Assembly: GCA_963740315.1 (NCBI GenBank)
Contig: CAVUDP010000002.1
Span: 1,696,001 to 1,760,000 of the forward strand
Direction: 5' to 3'
Source of the DNA: an uncultured cyanobacterium
GTDB taxonomy: Bacteria > Cyanobacteriota > Cyanobacteriia > Cyanobacteriales > Nostocaceae
Length of the DNA stretch: 64,000 nucleotides
How positions within the stretch are numbered: the stretch's first letter is position 1; every line of letters begins with the position of its first letter. Both the position numbers and the translations under genes were made by a program. The notes beneath the pieces are model-generated. The model was given only the letters and a program-made list of their open reading frames with translations. It had not been told where the DNA came from and ran no database searches. Shown here piece after piece: positions 61,726 through 64,000 of this stretch.

Positions 61726-63624
61726 TTACTCAACTGTTACCGATTTAGCCAAGTTTCTCGGCTGATCGACATCCAAACCGCGACGAGCAGCGATGTGATA
61801 AGCCAATAATTGTAAAGGTATTACCGTCAAAATAGGTGAAAGTAATTCATCTACTGTAGAAACGGGAATCAAATCGTTGAACACTTCTGCTGCTGATTCA
61901 TCGTCAGCGGGTGCAACTCCAATTAATCTTGAATCGCGGGCTTTGGCTTCCTGGGCGTTGGAAATCACTTTTTCGTGTACGCTACCCGGCATAGCGATCG
62001 CAACTACTGGAACTTTCTCATCTAAAAGCGCGATCGGACCGTGTTTCATTTCACCTGCGGGATATCCTTCGGCGTGAATGTAGCTGATTTCTTTTAATTT
62101 TAAAGCGCCTTCTAAAGCGATCGGGAAGTTAATTCCTCTACCTAAAAATATAAAGTCTCTGGTTTCGGTGAATTCGTGAGCTAGTTGTTCGGCTAATTTT
62201 TCCTGTTTTTGCAGATTTTCTTCTATTTCTTTGGGAATCATCCGCAATCCGGCAATCATTTCCACGATTCTTTCGCCGGGAACCGTTTTACAACGATAAG
62301 CTAAATCTAACGCCAACGCATAAAACGCCATCAATTGAGCAACAAAGGTTTTTGTCGCCGCTACCCCGATTTCAATTCCGGCAAAAGTATTAATAATATG
62401 CGGTATCATTAACCCCAAGCTGCTTTCTGGGCGATTGGTTATACCCAAAAGTCTGGGGTGAAATTTCGCTTCTTTTGCTTCCCGACGTTGTTTTTCCATC
62501 GCTAAAGCTGCTAAAGTATCCGCTGTTTCACCGGATTGAGTTACGCCAATTATCAAGGTATTGGGGGTTAAAGGCGTTGGTGAATAGCGGAATTCGGAAG
62601 CGTAATGCACCTGAGTGGGAATTCCCGCAAATTGTTCTAATAAGTATTTTCCGACTAATGCGGCGTGCCAACTAGTACCGCAGGCTAATATTTGTATTTG
62701 TTCTAAATCAGCATAAAGTTCTTCTGGTAAACCAAGATTTACCGGGGAATTTGTATAATCGAGAGTATCGTGATGGCTGAAATAAGCATCCAAACAAGCC
62801 CTTACCACACCTGGTTGCTCGTAGATTTCCTTGAGCATAAAGTGCTTGAATCCCTGCTTCTCCACCATTACAGGGTTCATATTCAGCAATCGGGGCTGTT
62901 TTTTCAACCTTTCCCCAGCAAAGTTATAAACCTCCACACCCAAAGGCGTTAAACGTGCCATTTCCCCATTATCAAGATTTAGCACCGCACGGGTATAAGA
63001 AATAATCGCTGGAGTATCCGAAGCACAGAAAAATTCACCTTGTCCGAAACCAATTACCAAAGGCGCTTGCTGACGCACCAGAATGATTTCATCGGGAAAA
63101 TCCGCACAAATAACAGCAACAGCAAACGCACCAGTTAGTTGATTAACTGCTTTTCGTACTGCTTCCAAAAACATTGCATCCGGAGCGGTTTCCCCTAAAG
63201 CAACTTCTTCTTTAAGAAATTGAGCGATTAAATGGGGAATAACCTCAGTATCGGTATCCGAACGAAAATCATGACCTTGAGCCTTTAATTCTTCCCGTAA
63301 CTCGCGGTAATTTTCAACAATACCATTCATGACAACCGCCACCCGCATAGCAGTATCCATATGGGGGTGAGCGTTGTATTCTTCCGGCTTACCATGCGTA
63401 GCCCATCTGGTATGTCCGATACCAACACGCGCCGGATTTTCTAACCGTTCCAACTTAGAACGAAGATTGTGTAACTTACCTTTAGCCCTTACACTGCTAA
63501 TCTCACCTTCAGATATCGTAGCGATTCCAGCAGAATCATAGCCCCGATATTCCAACTTTTCCAAACCCGCGAGTAAAACCTCAGTCGCAGTTTGCGTGCC
63601 GATATAACCGACAATTCCGCACAT
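61726..63624 (-). CDS. glmS: Glutamine--fructose-6-phosphate aminotransferase
   Basis: MCGIVG, GHTRWATHG and PRNLAKSVTVE. Confidence 0.99.
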   Translation of the reverse strand: MCGIVGYIGTQTATEVLLAGLEKLEYRGYDSAGIATISEGEISSVRAKGKLHNLRSKLERLENPARVGIGHTRWATHGKPEEYNAHPHMDTAMRVAVVMNGIVENYRELREELKAQGHDFRSDTDTEVIPHLIAQFLKEEVALGETAPDAMFLEAVRKAVNQLTGAFAVAVICADFPDEIILVRQQAPLVIGFGQGEFFCASDTPAIISYTRAVLNLDNGEMARLTPLGVEVYNFAGERLKKQPRLLNMNPVMVEKQGFKHFMLKEIYEQPGVVRACLDAYFSHHDTLDYTNSPVNLGLPEELYADLEQIQILACGTSWHAALVGKYLLEQFAGIPTQVHYASEFRYSPTPLTPNTLIIGVTQSGETADTLAALAMEKQRREAKEAKFHPRLLGITNRPESSLGLMIPHIINTFAGIEIGVAATKTFVAQLMAFYALALDLAYRCKTVPGERIVEMIAGLRMIPKEIEENLQKQEKLAEQLAHEFTETRDFIFLGRGINFPIALEGALKLKEISYIHAEGYPAGEMKHGPIALLDEKVPVVAIAMPGSVHEKVISNAQEAKARDSRLIGVAPADDESAAEVFNDLIPVSTVDELLSPILTVIPLQLLAYHIAARRGLDVDQPRNLAKSVTVE

Positions 63625-63940
63625 AGTTCACACCACTCCATTTTCAGGATGACTTAACTGGTTATAGTAGTTAACACATCCTTCAGGGTTTAGCCAAGGA
63701 TAACGGGGTAAATTACGACTTGATTTTACAGATTACGGAGATGGGGGGATGGGGGGACAAGGGGAGAGGGGGGAGAGGGGGTAGAGGGGGGAGAGGGGGT
63801 AGAAATAAAAGCTTCTAACTCATAACTCCTAACTCATAACTCCTAACTCCTAACTATGCCCTATGCCCCATGCCCATTCACGCGGCTAGCGGAGCGTACC
63901 GTAGGTATTGCGTGCGGGCGTATCCCAATTCCCATCTTAA

Positions 63941-64000
63941 TTAGTAAGCTAAGCCCATACTGCGGGTGGTTTCAGCGCCCAGGTAAACCCGGATGCTCAA
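63941..64000 (-). CDS. psaC: Photosystem I iron-sulfur subunit PsaC, 3' end (partial)
   Basis: Reverse complement translates LSIRVYLGAETTRSMGLAY*, the PsaC C-terminus. Confidence 0.93.
   Translation of the reverse strand: MSIRVYLGAETTRSMGLAY

Overview
This is AT-rich DNA from a cyanobacterium, most likely a filamentous Nostocales type. The assignment rests on frequent HIP1 GCGATCGC sites, heptamer/octamer short tandem repeats and the psaC-glmS pair at the right end. Bases 1-17 kb hold a complete type I-D CRISPR-Cas locus (minus strand: cas3, cas10d with a probable internal cas11d, cas7, cas5, cas6, cas4, cas1, cas2). It is flanked by two divergent arrays sharing one 37-nt repeat and homologous leaders, followed by a WYL regulator. 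A third, orphan array of 39 repeats (31.5-34.3 kb) shares the 3' hairpin and handle of that repeat but has a different 5' part. The most striking signal is a CRISPR-like mini-array between cas1 and cas2 (982-1236). It has four copies of a 36-bp unit that is the core of a REP-doublet (REPIN-like) element, separated by three unique 36-38 bp spacers, and is a candidate natural de novo ('neo') CRISPR array. The rest is accessory DNA: TA modules, Uma2 and Rpn nucleases, a stand-alone IS200-like TnpA among REP-like palindromes, CHAT-TPR genes, two P450s, methyltransferases, metal transporters, a globin gene with a nonsense codon, and many nested MITE/REP insertions and REP-anchored tandem amplifications. 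All calls come from reading the sequence by eye; no database searches were run.
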